Part shown: piece by piece, positions 8,861 through 17,307 of the stretch
Position numbering within the stretch: position 1 is the stretch's first letter
Layout: every line of letters starts with the position of its first letter
Source of the DNA: an uncultured virus (IMG/VR IMGVR_UViG_3300045911_000603)
Lineage: Duplodnaviria; Heunggongvirae; Uroviricota; Caudoviricetes
Length of the DNA: 55,073 bases
Reading direction: 5' to 3' (one strand)
Virus record (IMG/VR): IMGVR_UViG_3300045911_000603
Made by a program: the position numbers and the translations under genes
Notes under the pieces: model-generated
The model's input: the letters and a program-made list of their open reading frames with translations, nothing else
The model's database searches: none
What the model was told of the DNA's origin: nothing

Positions 8861-8916
8861 TTGGAAAAACTTGACAAGTTGAGTAAATGAAAATAACACG
8901 AGGACTCTATGGCAAC
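8861..8916 (+). repeat. Direct repeat copy 1 (promoter, operator, RBS and ATGGCAAC)
   Basis: Near-identical to 9878-9934 (one indel, one substitution); contains TTGACA and ACTTGACAAGTTGAGT (8869-8884). Confidence 0.95.
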
Positions 8917-8971
8917 GCCAGTGGTTTGAGCACCAACACGGACTGCCGTTCCGTGGCGTGCTGATCCATTG

Positions 8972-9064
8972 GACGAACGCTGACCTATGACTGCCGCGCA
9001 AATACAGCCCGAACTTGCCACCGACTCCGACGCGGCAGACATTAGGTCCACCACCTCGTTGTCC
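8972..9064 (+). mobile_element. attC-like recombination site
   Basis: GACGAAC...GACCTATG/CAT-T-AGGTC (extrahelical base), CTGCCGCG/CGCGGCAG stem, ...GTTGTCC. Confidence 0.55.
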
Positions 9065-9874
9065 GTTTCTCGCCCCGTGGTCCGCTGGCACGGTGGGAAA
9101 TGGAAAATAGCCCCGTGGATAGTGAGCCACTTCCCGAAACATCGGGTCTATGTGGAATCCTTCGGCGGTGGTGGGTCTGTTCTCATGCGCAAAAAACGTA
9201 GCTATGCCGAGGTCTATAATGACCTCGACGGGGAAATTGTGAACCTTTTCCGGGTGCTCCGGGATCGCGGCAATGAATTGAGGGAGAAAATCGAACTGAC
9301 TCCTTTCGCTCGCGTGGAATTCCGCGAAAGCTACTTGCCGACGGAGGATCCAATTGAACAGGCACGCCGAACTCTCGTCCGTTCATTCATGGGATTTGGA
9401 TCGAACGCACACAACAAAAATACCGGATTCCGCTCGAACACGACACGTTCAGGAACGACACCTGCGCAGGACTGGAGGAACTACCCGGAAGCCATCGCTG
9501 CCATGATTGAAAGGCTGCGTGGCGTGGTGATAGAAAACCGAGAAGCCTGCGAGGTCATGCTGGCCCACGATGGCCCGGAAACGCTGCACTATGTGGACCC
9601 GCCCTACGTGCCAGAAACTCGGGACAAAGGCAGCGACTATCGGCACGAAATGACCGAGGACGATCACCGAAAACTTGCGGCCGTGCTGGAAAGCCTGACG
9701 GGTGCCGTGGTTCTCTCGGGCTATCGGTGCGGGCTTTACGACGAACTTTTTGCTGGGTGGAAGCTCGTCGAACGTCGCGCATTTGCTGACGGAGCGCGGG
9801 AGCGGGTGGAATGCCTGTGGCTCCGCAACGTCGAAATCACGCCAGACTTATTTTCTGCCAACGCAGAGGTATGA
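8987..9874 (+). CDS. DNA adenine methylase (D12/Dam-like class)
   Basis: WHGGK, YVESFGGGGSV, EVYNDLD and YVDPPY motifs. Confidence 0.93.
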   Translation: MTAAQIQPELATDSDAADIRSTTSLSVSRPVVRWHGGKWKIAPWIVSHFPKHRVYVESFGGGGSVLMRKKRSYAEVYNDLDGEIVNLFRVLRDRGNELREKIELTPFARVEFRESYLPTEDPIEQARRTLVRSFMGFGSNAHNKNTGFRSNTTRSGTTPAQDWRNYPEAIAAMIERLRGVVIENREACEVMLAHDGPETLHYVDPPYVPETRDKGSDYRHEMTEDDHRKLAAVLESLTGAVVLSGYRCGLYDELFAGWKLVERRAFADGARERVECLWLRNVEITPDLFSANAEV

Positions 9875-9877
9875 ATT

Positions 9878-9934
9878 TTGGAAAAAACTTGACAAGTTGA
9901 GTAAATGAAAATAACACGAGGAATCTATGGCAAC
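9878..9934 (+). repeat. Direct repeat copy 2 (ssb promoter, operator, RBS and start)
   Basis: Contains ACTTGACAAGTTGAGT (9887-9902), GAGGA and the ssb ATG at 9927. Confidence 0.95.
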
Positions 9935-10292
9935 ATTCAATCAAGCAACCATTGTCGGCAACGTCACCCGCGATCCCGAAGTTCGCTATACTCCGAAAGG
10001 AACCGCTGTGTGCGAAATTTCCGTGGCAGTCAACAAAACCTACACCACCGATGAAGGCGAAAAGAAGGAGGATACTACCTTCGTGGACGTGGTGCTTTGG
10101 GGCAAGCTGGCCGAAATAACCAAAGAGTATGTCAAGAAGGGGAGGCTGGTTCTCGTCGCAGGGGAATTGCAGCAGGAAACATGGCAGGACAAGGAGACTG
10201 GCAAAAACCGCTCGAAGCTCCAAATCAAGGCCGACACGATCCAATTTCTTTCTCCTCCTCCTACCCCGAAGGAGGATTCAGGCAGAGAGTAA
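9927..10292 (+). CDS. ssb: Single-stranded DNA-binding protein
   Basis: FNQATIVGNVTRDPEVRYTPKG...WGKLAE...KKGRLVLVAGEL...W.DKETG..RSKL. Confidence 0.95.
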   Translation: MATFNQATIVGNVTRDPEVRYTPKGTAVCEISVAVNKTYTTDEGEKKEDTTFVDVVLWGKLAEITKEYVKKGRLVLVAGELQQETWQDKETGKNRSKLQIKADTIQFLSPPPTPKEDSGRE

Positions 10293-10312
10293 TCAGCGAG
10301 AAATGTTAAGGC

Positions 10313-10348
10313 AAACCCGCTCCCGCACAATGCCGGGAGCGGGTTTTT
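10313..10348 (+). terminator. Rho-independent terminator
   Basis: AAACCCGCTCCCG-loop-CGGGAGCGGGTTTTT after ssb. Confidence 0.8.
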
Positions 10349-10427
10349 GCTGGAGTGAGGAGCAGAGTTCACAGAGCGAAGAATTGTGGCTTGACACGAC
10401 TGCCGCTTCTTCGTAAATAAATAATCT

Positions 10428-11621
10428 ATGGCTCGAAAATTCGACTACAACACTTTGGAGAGAAGCATCAGCAGCGGGAAGGAACAAGCACCCCAAGCAC
10501 CCCGAGCAGAACAAGGGGACATTGCGAGAACGCAAGAGCCCAAGCCCAGGCGAGCGTTAATGCAGGAGATGCAGGAAGAACCCACCAGCGGGAAGGAACA
10601 AGCAAAACCCTCCGCAGAGCCAGATCCTCTAACCCAGGAGGAAATGACCAAGCGGGCGTTGATGCAGCCAGAGTTCTACTCAATCATCGAGCAAGGCGTG
10701 AAGGCGTCGGCCACACGACTAACGGCTGAGGAGGTGAAAGCGAAAACCCTGCAAGCCATTGAGGATGCTGCCGCGTATCTGTCGGATCCATCGTCTCCAG
10801 AATACGACAAGCTCAAGGAGTGCAACCGGATGAGCAAGGTCCAAGCCATAGCCAAACTCGCCTCCATCGGGCTGACAGCCAACCGACGCAGCGGAACTGG
10901 CTTCATCGTGCCACGCTTCGACCGCGAATTGAGGATAATGGTGGCCCAAGCTACTCCAGGGGTGCGCGGAATGGAGCGATTGGTCGCTCCCCACATCAAG
11001 TGCATTTACAATTCGCTGATCCGTCGCCAGGACAAAGAGCACGAGCAAATCGACTCCAACACCGGCATGCCTTACATTGTCGTGTCGCGCAATCTGCGCC
11101 CCGATCCATCCAAGGCAAACGACATTATTGGCGTGGTCGCCAATATCACCTGCAACGATGGAACCATTATCTCCAAGCTGTTGCCCGTCAAGGTGTGCGA
11201 GGAAATCCAGAATGGACGAACCGTGCAAACGGCTTACATCGAAGGTCGGCGCATGCCCGTTGCGCCTGGGTTCATGGGGATGGAAAAGGCTCTGGAAATG
11301 GCTGCGCGGCGAGCGGTGCTCCGTGAGTTTATCTTCACCAAGCAGCATGGCATTGCCGAGCTTGCCGAGGCAGCAAAACTTGAAGCAGATGCCTATGCGG
11401 GGCTGGATGATGATCCAGCCGCAATCACCGCTTTGGAAATGGGCTCTCCAGGAGCCGAAGCCCAACCGTCCAATGCCGCGCCTCCTGTCGGGCAAATCGA
11501 GGAAACCGAACCAAATCTCCCCACCGCAGCAAAACAATCGACCAAGAATCCCCTTGCGGAAGCCCTTTCCCGAGTGGGCAAGGCGTCGGTTGAGTCCATC
11601 GAGGGGGGAATTAGCGCATAA
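10428..11621 (+). CDS. recT: RecT-family single-strand annealing protein with low-complexity N- and C-terminal extensions
   Basis: ASIGL....G.GFIVP...AQ..PG.RGM and EMA.R.VLR patterns. Confidence 0.7.
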   Translation: MARKFDYNTLERSISSGKEQAPQAPRAEQGDIARTQEPKPRRALMQEMQEEPTSGKEQAKPSAEPDPLTQEEMTKRALMQPEFYSIIEQGVKASATRLTAEEVKAKTLQAIEDAAAYLSDPSSPEYDKLKECNRMSKVQAIAKLASIGLTANRRSGTGFIVPRFDRELRIMVAQATPGVRGMERLVAPHIKCIYNSLIRRQDKEHEQIDSNTGMPYIVVSRNLRPDPSKANDIIGVVANITCNDGTIISKLLPVKVCEEIQNGRTVQTAYIEGRRMPVAPGFMGMEKALEMAARRAVLREFIFTKQHGIAELAEAAKLEADAYAGLDDDPAAITALEMGSPGAEAQPSNAAPPVGQIEETEPNLPTAAKQSTKNPLAEALSRVGKASVESIEGGISA

Positions 11622-11655
11622 CTAGCACAAACAATACGAAAGGCAAAACAAACCC

Positions 11656-12261
11656 ATGAAAGAAGAAAACATCCGAGTGTTCCCCGGGAAAACCCCGAGC
11701 GGGAAAAGCTATTACGACGTGAAAATCGGTGATGAACGCACCCGCGTTTGGGCCGAAGTCAAAGGTTACAAATTGAACGAGGTCGAAGCCGTTGGTTTGG
11801 TGCAGGGGATGGAACTCATGCGGGACCGCAAAGCCAATGCCATCCAACTGACGGGCAAATCAGGAAATCAGTATGGCGGGGCGATTTTCCCCATCGGAAT
11901 CAAGGAGGAGGAAGTCGTCAAAGATGGAACGACCTACCACAATCGAACGCTGGAGGTTGGCACTGCTGTGCTCAATTTTTCCGAGAAGGGTTACTGCAAT
12001 GGTTACCTGATCGACGGAGTGCAGTATCGGCGTTTCTACAAGCTCGAATCAGGGGATTTCTTGGAGATTGGGGCCAGCGATGCCTACCAACTGAGCCAAG
12101 GCCAAAGCGTTGAGGTGGACGGACATCGTTTTCAACTCGACACGGTGGAGGAGAAAACCCACGAGCCCAGCGGCCGAATCTACAAGAATGCCATGGTCAG
12201 CTTCACGCCTATTGCGGAAGCCGTCGAGGAACTGGACCAAGAACCAGCGGCGGTGTCCTAA
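11656..12261 (+). CDS. Hypothetical protein with DUF3945/Toprim_Crpt-like repeats
   Basis: EVKGYKLNEVEAVGLVQG...GKSGNQY segment; paralogous to the next ORF. Confidence 0.6.
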   Translation: MKEENIRVFPGKTPSGKSYYDVKIGDERTRVWAEVKGYKLNEVEAVGLVQGMELMRDRKANAIQLTGKSGNQYGGAIFPIGIKEEEVVKDGTTYHNRTLEVGTAVLNFSEKGYCNGYLIDGVQYRRFYKLESGDFLEIGASDAYQLSQGQSVEVDGHRFQLDTVEEKTHEPSGRIYKNAMVSFTPIAEAVEELDQEPAAVS

Positions 12262-12282
12262 CCTCTGCTGAGGAAAATCAAC

Positions 12283-13179
12283 ATGGGATTCAAGCCGTCC
12301 ACCAGCAGAAAAGATGCTCCCCTGCTACGCGAGGGAGATATCAGTATCTACCTGCGAAGAAGCACAGGCGGAGTTGGATTCTACAATATCCGAGACCTCT
12401 CTGGTTCGGCTCCCATGTATGTCACCGTGCCTTACGAAGTGATGGGCGCACGAATCCCACCCCGCCAAGCCATCGAACTCTATCAAGGCCGCAGCTTGCT
12501 GGAGGTGGAACTTGGCGACGAGGAAATTGCCGAACGCATCAAAAACCCGACGCCATCCGATCTGAAACATGGACGGTTGGAGAAGTGGACGGAATTGCAG
12601 GCAGCCAACCAGATGCGAACGGAAACCGAACGGGTGGCCATCATGGGGCCCCTCGTCGGCCATTTCGCCAATGGTCCCAGCGAGATCGCCGTCATTCCAG
12701 ACGGCATAATCAAGACCAGTAAAACGGTCAATGGAATCACCTACCACAATCAAGGACTGCACACCGCCTTTGCCTTCATCCGCTATTCCGCGAAAGATGT
12801 GCCAGCAGGACTTCGCTTCCGTCTCCCCGTCGAGGACTGCGAGCGGTTTGTCGAGGGCGAATCCGCGAGCCATATGGAAGCCATGCTCAAGTCCAGCGAG
12901 GACACCAATCACTTCTACCTGGACGTTTCGATGTATCATCGGGTGGACGAACGGATCGTCCGTTTGGACCCCCGCGAGTGTCTGGACCTGGTTCGTGGCA
13001 ACCCTGTGGAAACCAAAGGTATCCGATTTGAGATGACTTCCATCGAGGTCAAGCCTTCGAACAAGGGGGGCTATTATTCCAACGCGATGATCCTTGGGGA
13101 GCGGCTGAGTGTCTTGGAGCATCATGAGCCAATTCCGAAGGAAGAATCGGGGAAGGAAGAAGAATCAATCAGCATGTAA
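12283..13179 (+). CDS. Hypothetical protein, paralog of 11656-12261
   Basis: Shared motifs EV.G..(I/L)...A..L.QG, G.TYHN and Y.NAM. Confidence 0.65.
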   Translation: MGFKPSTSRKDAPLLREGDISIYLRRSTGGVGFYNIRDLSGSAPMYVTVPYEVMGARIPPRQAIELYQGRSLLEVELGDEEIAERIKNPTPSDLKHGRLEKWTELQAANQMRTETERVAIMGPLVGHFANGPSEIAVIPDGIIKTSKTVNGITYHNQGLHTAFAFIRYSAKDVPAGLRFRLPVEDCERFVEGESASHMEAMLKSSEDTNHFYLDVSMYHRVDERIVRLDPRECLDLVRGNPVETKGIRFEMTSIEVKPSNKGGYYSNAMILGERLSVLEHHEPIPKEESGKEEESISM

Positions 13180-13181
13180 TT

Positions 13182-13592
13182 ATGTTCGCAAGGAAACCGC
13201 AAACCAAAGTCGTCGCCAAGTATCCGGACGGGTGTGCTTTGCTTGACGCAGGCAAGAACCTGCCCGTTCAGGACCGATTCTTTATTACCGATATTACCGA
13301 TAAATCCGAAGTGCCCACACGTCTCCTTGATTGGGTGCGCACAGGCAAGGTGCAATCCCCGGGAGGATTGCCGAGCGAAGGATTCCGTGGATACCTGCGC
13401 TGCTTCCTCGAACTACATGAGGATGGAAATATGAGCTATCTGCTGCGGCCTGAAGTTGCCGAACTCTTTGCCGAACACAAGGAGGTTATGGAAAATATCA
13501 CCAATGCCCAGGACCGCCTGCGCGAAATCACCGAGCAAATCCAGGCAATCGAAATCTCCAAGAAAGACGAAAACCTGGCATCGCAACCATGA
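13182..13592 (+). CDS. Hypothetical protein with a C-terminal coiled coil
   Basis: 136-aa ORF in the operon. Confidence 0.65.
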   Translation: MFARKPQTKVVAKYPDGCALLDAGKNLPVQDRFFITDITDKSEVPTRLLDWVRTGKVQSPGGLPSEGFRGYLRCFLELHEDGNMSYLLRPEVAELFAEHKEVMENITNAQDRLREITEQIQAIEISKKDENLASQP

Positions 13593-13714
13593 AAAACGAG
13601 GAACATTTGAGACAGGAGATGGAGTTTCTGCGCAGACAGTTAGATGTTCTGGAAGCGCGCCGCCGTGAAATCGAAAAATTACTGATGCACTACAAAAAGG
13701 AAGGAATAGCGTAA
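13589..13714 (+). CDS. 41-aa coiled-coil peptide (not in the ORF track)
   Basis: MKNEEHLRQEMEFLRRQLDVLEARRREIEKLLMHYKKEGIA; ATGA and TAATG overlaps couple it on both sides. Confidence 0.6.
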   Translation: MKNEEHLRQEMEFLRRQLDVLEARRREIEKLLMHYKKEGIA

Positions 13715-15057
13715 TGGAACAAGCATACGTCAATGATGAAGAAAGCGGGAAAATTGTGGATGGTGGTTTTCCGGCGTTGAATCGGGATCAACTCATCGCC
13801 CGGTTGGATCCCTCGCAACCATCCCTGTATGATGCTCTCGTCGGAAGTTGTAACAGCGTCGAGGATTTGCGCGAGGTCACGCATGCGGTCGTTGCCAGAT
13901 TGGGGAACAATGCAGACTTTGCGCACCTTCAGCGTCTTGGGGAAGCCGCGACCCGCGACAAGGAGCTTCCCCCCATTGAGCGGGACAGCATGATCTCTAC
14001 GTTGCAGGCCTTTACCTCTCAATTCAGCAACAAGAACGATGTGTCCTCCCTCTCGCAGGAAGAGCGTTCCAAGAAACTTGCGCAGATCATGGATGCCCGG
14101 TGGCCTCGCCTCGACCAATCTGCCGAAAACCCCCAAAGCGCAAAAGAAGCGTTGGTGAGCATCCGGGGCCAGATCGATGCGAAAGCGAAGGAAGCAGAAG
14201 AGGTTGCCAGCCGAATTGATGCCCTTCGAGCGAAGGCTTCCGAGCTACGAGGTCAGAAGGCAGACATGGATGGGCAAAAACCCTCATCGCAACCCAAGAA
14301 GAAAAAAGATCCAGAAGAAGAGAAAGAGGACTTTGCTGCCGAGGAGAGAGCTTCTTTGTGGAAGCGAGCCATGGAAGCAATTAAAAGGTTCTTCTTTGGG
14401 AGTAACGCCGCGCAGTATTATGCTGCGCCTGCACCCCAAACGCAAGGCGAACCCAAATCCCAAGAAGAACCCAAACCGGAGGATGATCCCAGGCAAGAAG
14501 ATGATCTCAAGCCAGAGGATGCGCCCAAGCCGGAGGATGATCCTAAACTCTCTGTGGAGGAGCGGCTCAATGCCATTGAGGAGGAAATCCGCCAGTTGGA
14601 GGAAAGGCAAAAACAACTCATGCTGGAACTGGAACAGCTGCGAACCCGCCTCAAGGAGATGGACAAGGTGTTCCTGGACAATAAACAGGAAGGCGAAACA
14701 CTTGGCGTCAGCACACCGGAGGATTCTCCACGACCTTCTTCCGTGGTTGGCCCCAATCCTGGGAATGTGCAGAATGCGGGCCAAATCGTTGATAATCGAG
14801 CGAAGGAAGCAGATCGCAGGTTTCGGGATGCCCGGAAGGGAACAACACCAGAACAGGAGCAAGCTGCGGCAGGCAATCTTCCGTCAACAGTCCAGCAGCA
14901 ACAAGAGCAGGCAGAAACAGCCAATCTTCCGTCGGAATCAACACCCGGACAGCAGCAACAAGAGCAGGCCGAAACAGCCAATCTTCCGTCGGAATCAACA
15001 CCCGGACAGGAGGCTGTGGCCGAAGATCCTGTAGAAGAGGAAGGACTAAAAGTCTGA
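13714..15057 (+). CDS. Acidic coiled-coil, low-complexity protein
   Basis: 447 aa with E/Q/K-rich heptads, PEDD repeats and a tandem 19-aa repeat. Confidence 0.8.
   Translation: MEQAYVNDEESGKIVDGGFPALNRDQLIARLDPSQPSLYDALVGSCNSVEDLREVTHAVVARLGNNADFAHLQRLGEAATRDKELPPIERDSMISTLQAFTSQFSNKNDVSSLSQEERSKKLAQIMDARWPRLDQSAENPQSAKEALVSIRGQIDAKAKEAEEVASRIDALRAKASELRGQKADMDGQKPSSQPKKKKDPEEEKEDFAAEERASLWKRAMEAIKRFFFGSNAAQYYAAPAPQTQGEPKSQEEPKPEDDPRQEDDLKPEDAPKPEDDPKLSVEERLNAIEEEIRQLEERQKQLMLELEQLRTRLKEMDKVFLDNKQEGETLGVSTPEDSPRPSSVVGPNPGNVQNAGQIVDNRAKEADRRFRDARKGTTPEQEQAAAGNLPSTVQQQQEQAETANLPSESTPGQQQQEQAETANLPSESTPGQEAVAEDPVEEEGLKV
14893..15006 (+). repeat. In-frame 57-bp tandem duplication
   Basis: Two copies encoding QQQQEQAETANLPSESTPG. 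Confidence 0.95.
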
Positions 15058-15059
15058 CG

Positions 15060-16541
15060 ATGACGCAGGAACCCCAGCGCGGGCCTCGCCTGAGCGCGAG
15101 TGCCATGGACCGCATCTTTGCTTGCCCGGCAAGCTATGCCCGCAGCAAGGAGTTCGATGCGTTTGTTCGTTCTCTCGATCTGCCCGAGATGGAGGAGCCC
15201 GAGGATTCTGTGGCTGGGACCAAATTGCATGCGATTCTCGAGGAGGTTCCGTTCTCCTCTGCGCTCCTTGGGAACGGTGCTCCCGAAATGTCGGCCAGCA
15301 AGAAACTTGGGCAGGCACTTTCCAAGCTGGGCGTGGAATTGCCCAATGATGATTTTTGGTTCTTGACCCGCTGCATTGAGAAGCGGGATCACCTGATTAA
15401 CCAAAAGCTCCTCCAGGCCCGCGACCAGACGGGGGGATTTGCAATCACCGCAATTCATCTGGACTCCCAACGGCTCGCGCTGCCAAGTTTTTCCGAGTTC
15501 ACCGGCCTAGCCGATGTGCTTGTCCTCTACAAGGATGGAGCGGGACAATCACATGCCATTGTCCTGGATTGGAAGACGGGCCGCAAGGGCCACCTGTATC
15601 CAGATCCCACGCTCAACAAGCAATTGATGAGTCTGGCTGTGTTGGTGGAGCAGAACTATCCCGAAATCCAAAGCGTGACCATCGGACTCCTGCACCGGGA
15701 GAATGTTCGACTCGAAACCCCCACGCGAGTCACGAGGTATTCCAAGAAGCACTTGGAGAATGCCCGCCAAATGCTGGAAGAAAAGTTGCAGAAAGCCGCC
15801 GAGTTGCACAATCTGGTTGCTCCTCATCTGCAATCGAATGGAGGAGACGGCAAGCTGCCGGAAAATGTGCAGCGGATTCTGGAAGATGAATCCACAACCG
15901 GCGACCAGTGCGCCTTGTGTGCGGGCAAGTCTTGCTGCACGAAGCTCGCTGCCGAGGCGCGGGCTTTTGCCCGAACATTACAGGAATCGAGCTTGCGCGA
16001 AGTTACAAAAGAAACCATTGGCAACATGAACACAGAACAATTCCTCGCACATTTGCGCCAGTCCGCCTGGATCAATGAACTGGTTGCACCCTTTTCCAAG
16101 GTCCACAAGGAACTGGAAGCCGTGGCCAAAAAATTGCTGGAAGCGAACCGCAAATTGGAGGGATGCTCACTCAAGCCGGGCGCGAGAACCTGGACATTGC
16201 GGAGCAAAGTGGAAGTGGAGAAACCGGATGGCACCAAGGAAGTCCAGGAACGCCCCCTTTTCCCGCAGGATGTATTTAAGCAGCTTTTGCCACTCCTTGG
16301 CCAAACATCCTATGAAGATTTTCTCAAAACCACATGCAAGGTCAATGCGCCCGATCTGCGGGATTTACTGATGGCATCGCTGGGCACCAAGAAACCAGCC
16401 GACTTGGAGGAGAAGCTGCGGGAGATCTTCGGAGAAAACGCAATCCTTGCAGTTGTGCCTCGGGCACCATCGCTGATCGTGGATACCAGCATGGTCGAAC
16501 AACAACAACAGGAGACTGCGAGCGCAGGCGTGGCTGCATAG
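15060..16541 (+). CDS. PD-(D/E)XK RecB-like exonuclease (DUF2800/Cas4-like fold)
   Basis: LSAS....CP, GT.LH, G.AD, DWKTG, QL and C..C.....C motifs. Confidence 0.85.
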   Translation: MTQEPQRGPRLSASAMDRIFACPASYARSKEFDAFVRSLDLPEMEEPEDSVAGTKLHAILEEVPFSSALLGNGAPEMSASKKLGQALSKLGVELPNDDFWFLTRCIEKRDHLINQKLLQARDQTGGFAITAIHLDSQRLALPSFSEFTGLADVLVLYKDGAGQSHAIVLDWKTGRKGHLYPDPTLNKQLMSLAVLVEQNYPEIQSVTIGLLHRENVRLETPTRVTRYSKKHLENARQMLEEKLQKAAELHNLVAPHLQSNGGDGKLPENVQRILEDESTTGDQCALCAGKSCCTKLAAEARAFARTLQESSLREVTKETIGNMNTEQFLAHLRQSAWINELVAPFSKVHKELEAVAKKLLEANRKLEGCSLKPGARTWTLRSKVEVEKPDGTKEVQERPLFPQDVFKQLLPLLGQTSYEDFLKTTCKVNAPDLRDLLMASLGTKKPADLEEKLREIFGENAILAVVPRAPSLIVDTSMVEQQQQETASAGVAA

Positions 16542-16581
16542 CCCATCCAGTCAAACGGGAACACGGAAAATCAGGCAAAAC

Positions 16582-16597
16582 ACTTGACTTGTTGAGT
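16582..16597 (+). promoter_or_regulatory. Operator overlapping a -35 box, upstream of the transfer/pilus operon
   Basis: ACTTGACTTGTTGAGT containing TTGACT. Confidence 0.65.
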
Positions 16598-16623
16598 GAA
16601 AACGGGGACACATATCCCCGTCT

Positions 16624-17307
16624 GTGAAAACTGAACCAAAGAACGGTCAACCTAGCCCTTACCAAACGAAGTTTGGACCTCGCAAGATACTTGCCTCCCA
16701 AGCCAAGCAGACCCAATTTGCCTATATCCTAGCAGCATTGGCCCTGTGTTTCGCTGCGATCAGTCCCCACTACTTCCTGCATAAACTCCACCAGCAGGAG
16801 AACATCATTGTGCTGGATGGATCGGGCACCATGACTATTGGCCCGATTGAGCGGCTCAATGCCACCAGCCCCCTCTTCACCGAATTGGTCTTGCAAGCAA
16901 GCAAGGCCATGTTTGAGCGCAGCAAGGTCGGTCTGGAAAACCCGGAGCTTGTCACGTCCCTCTTCACGGCGTCCGCCATAGCGAAGCTCAATGATGACGT
17001 GCGCTGGCAGTTGCCCGATTTGCAAGCCAAGGACTTGCGCCAACACGCCACGATCGAGAAAATTAACGTGATTCGTGATGGGGGGGCTGGCAAGGCTCGT
17101 TTTTATCGCCTGGAGGGGCAGATCAACAGCGCGGGCATGGTCGGAGGGTCTCCGATTTCCTACACGGAACCTCTTATTGCGATTTTGTCCATTGTGCCTA
17201 ATTCGCGGATTGCGGATCGCGCGAGGTATCCCTTCCTCGTGGCCGACTTTCGCATAGACCAACCTCCCCGCCCCCCAGGGGTGTATCAGGAGGATCAAGC
17301 ACCATGA
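16624..17307 (+). CDS. VirB8/TraK-like T4SS inner-membrane component
   Basis: Single N-terminal TM, then IIVLDGSG and a helix-plus-sheet periplasmic domain; directly precedes the VirB9-like gene. Confidence 0.55.
   Translation: MKTEPKNGQPSPYQTKFGPRKILASQAKQTQFAYILAALALCFAAISPHYFLHKLHQQENIIVLDGSGTMTIGPIERLNATSPLFTELVLQASKAMFERSKVGLENPELVTSLFTASAIAKLNDDVRWQLPDLQAKDLRQHATIEKINVIRDGGAGKARFYRLEGQINSAGMVGGSPISYTEPLIAILSIVPNSRIADRARYPFLVADFRIDQPPRPPGVYQEDQAP

Noticed and set aside
15060..16541. Cas4 belonging to the CRISPR system
   Set aside because: It is 14 kb from the array, has no cas1/cas2 nearby, and sits in the recT operon; it is better read as a recombination exonuclease.
5229..16541. Prophage call based on RecT, PcfJ, exonuclease and methylase
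   Set aside because: No capsid, terminase, portal, tail or lysis genes in the window; a phage-plasmid cannot be fully excluded without the rest of the contig.
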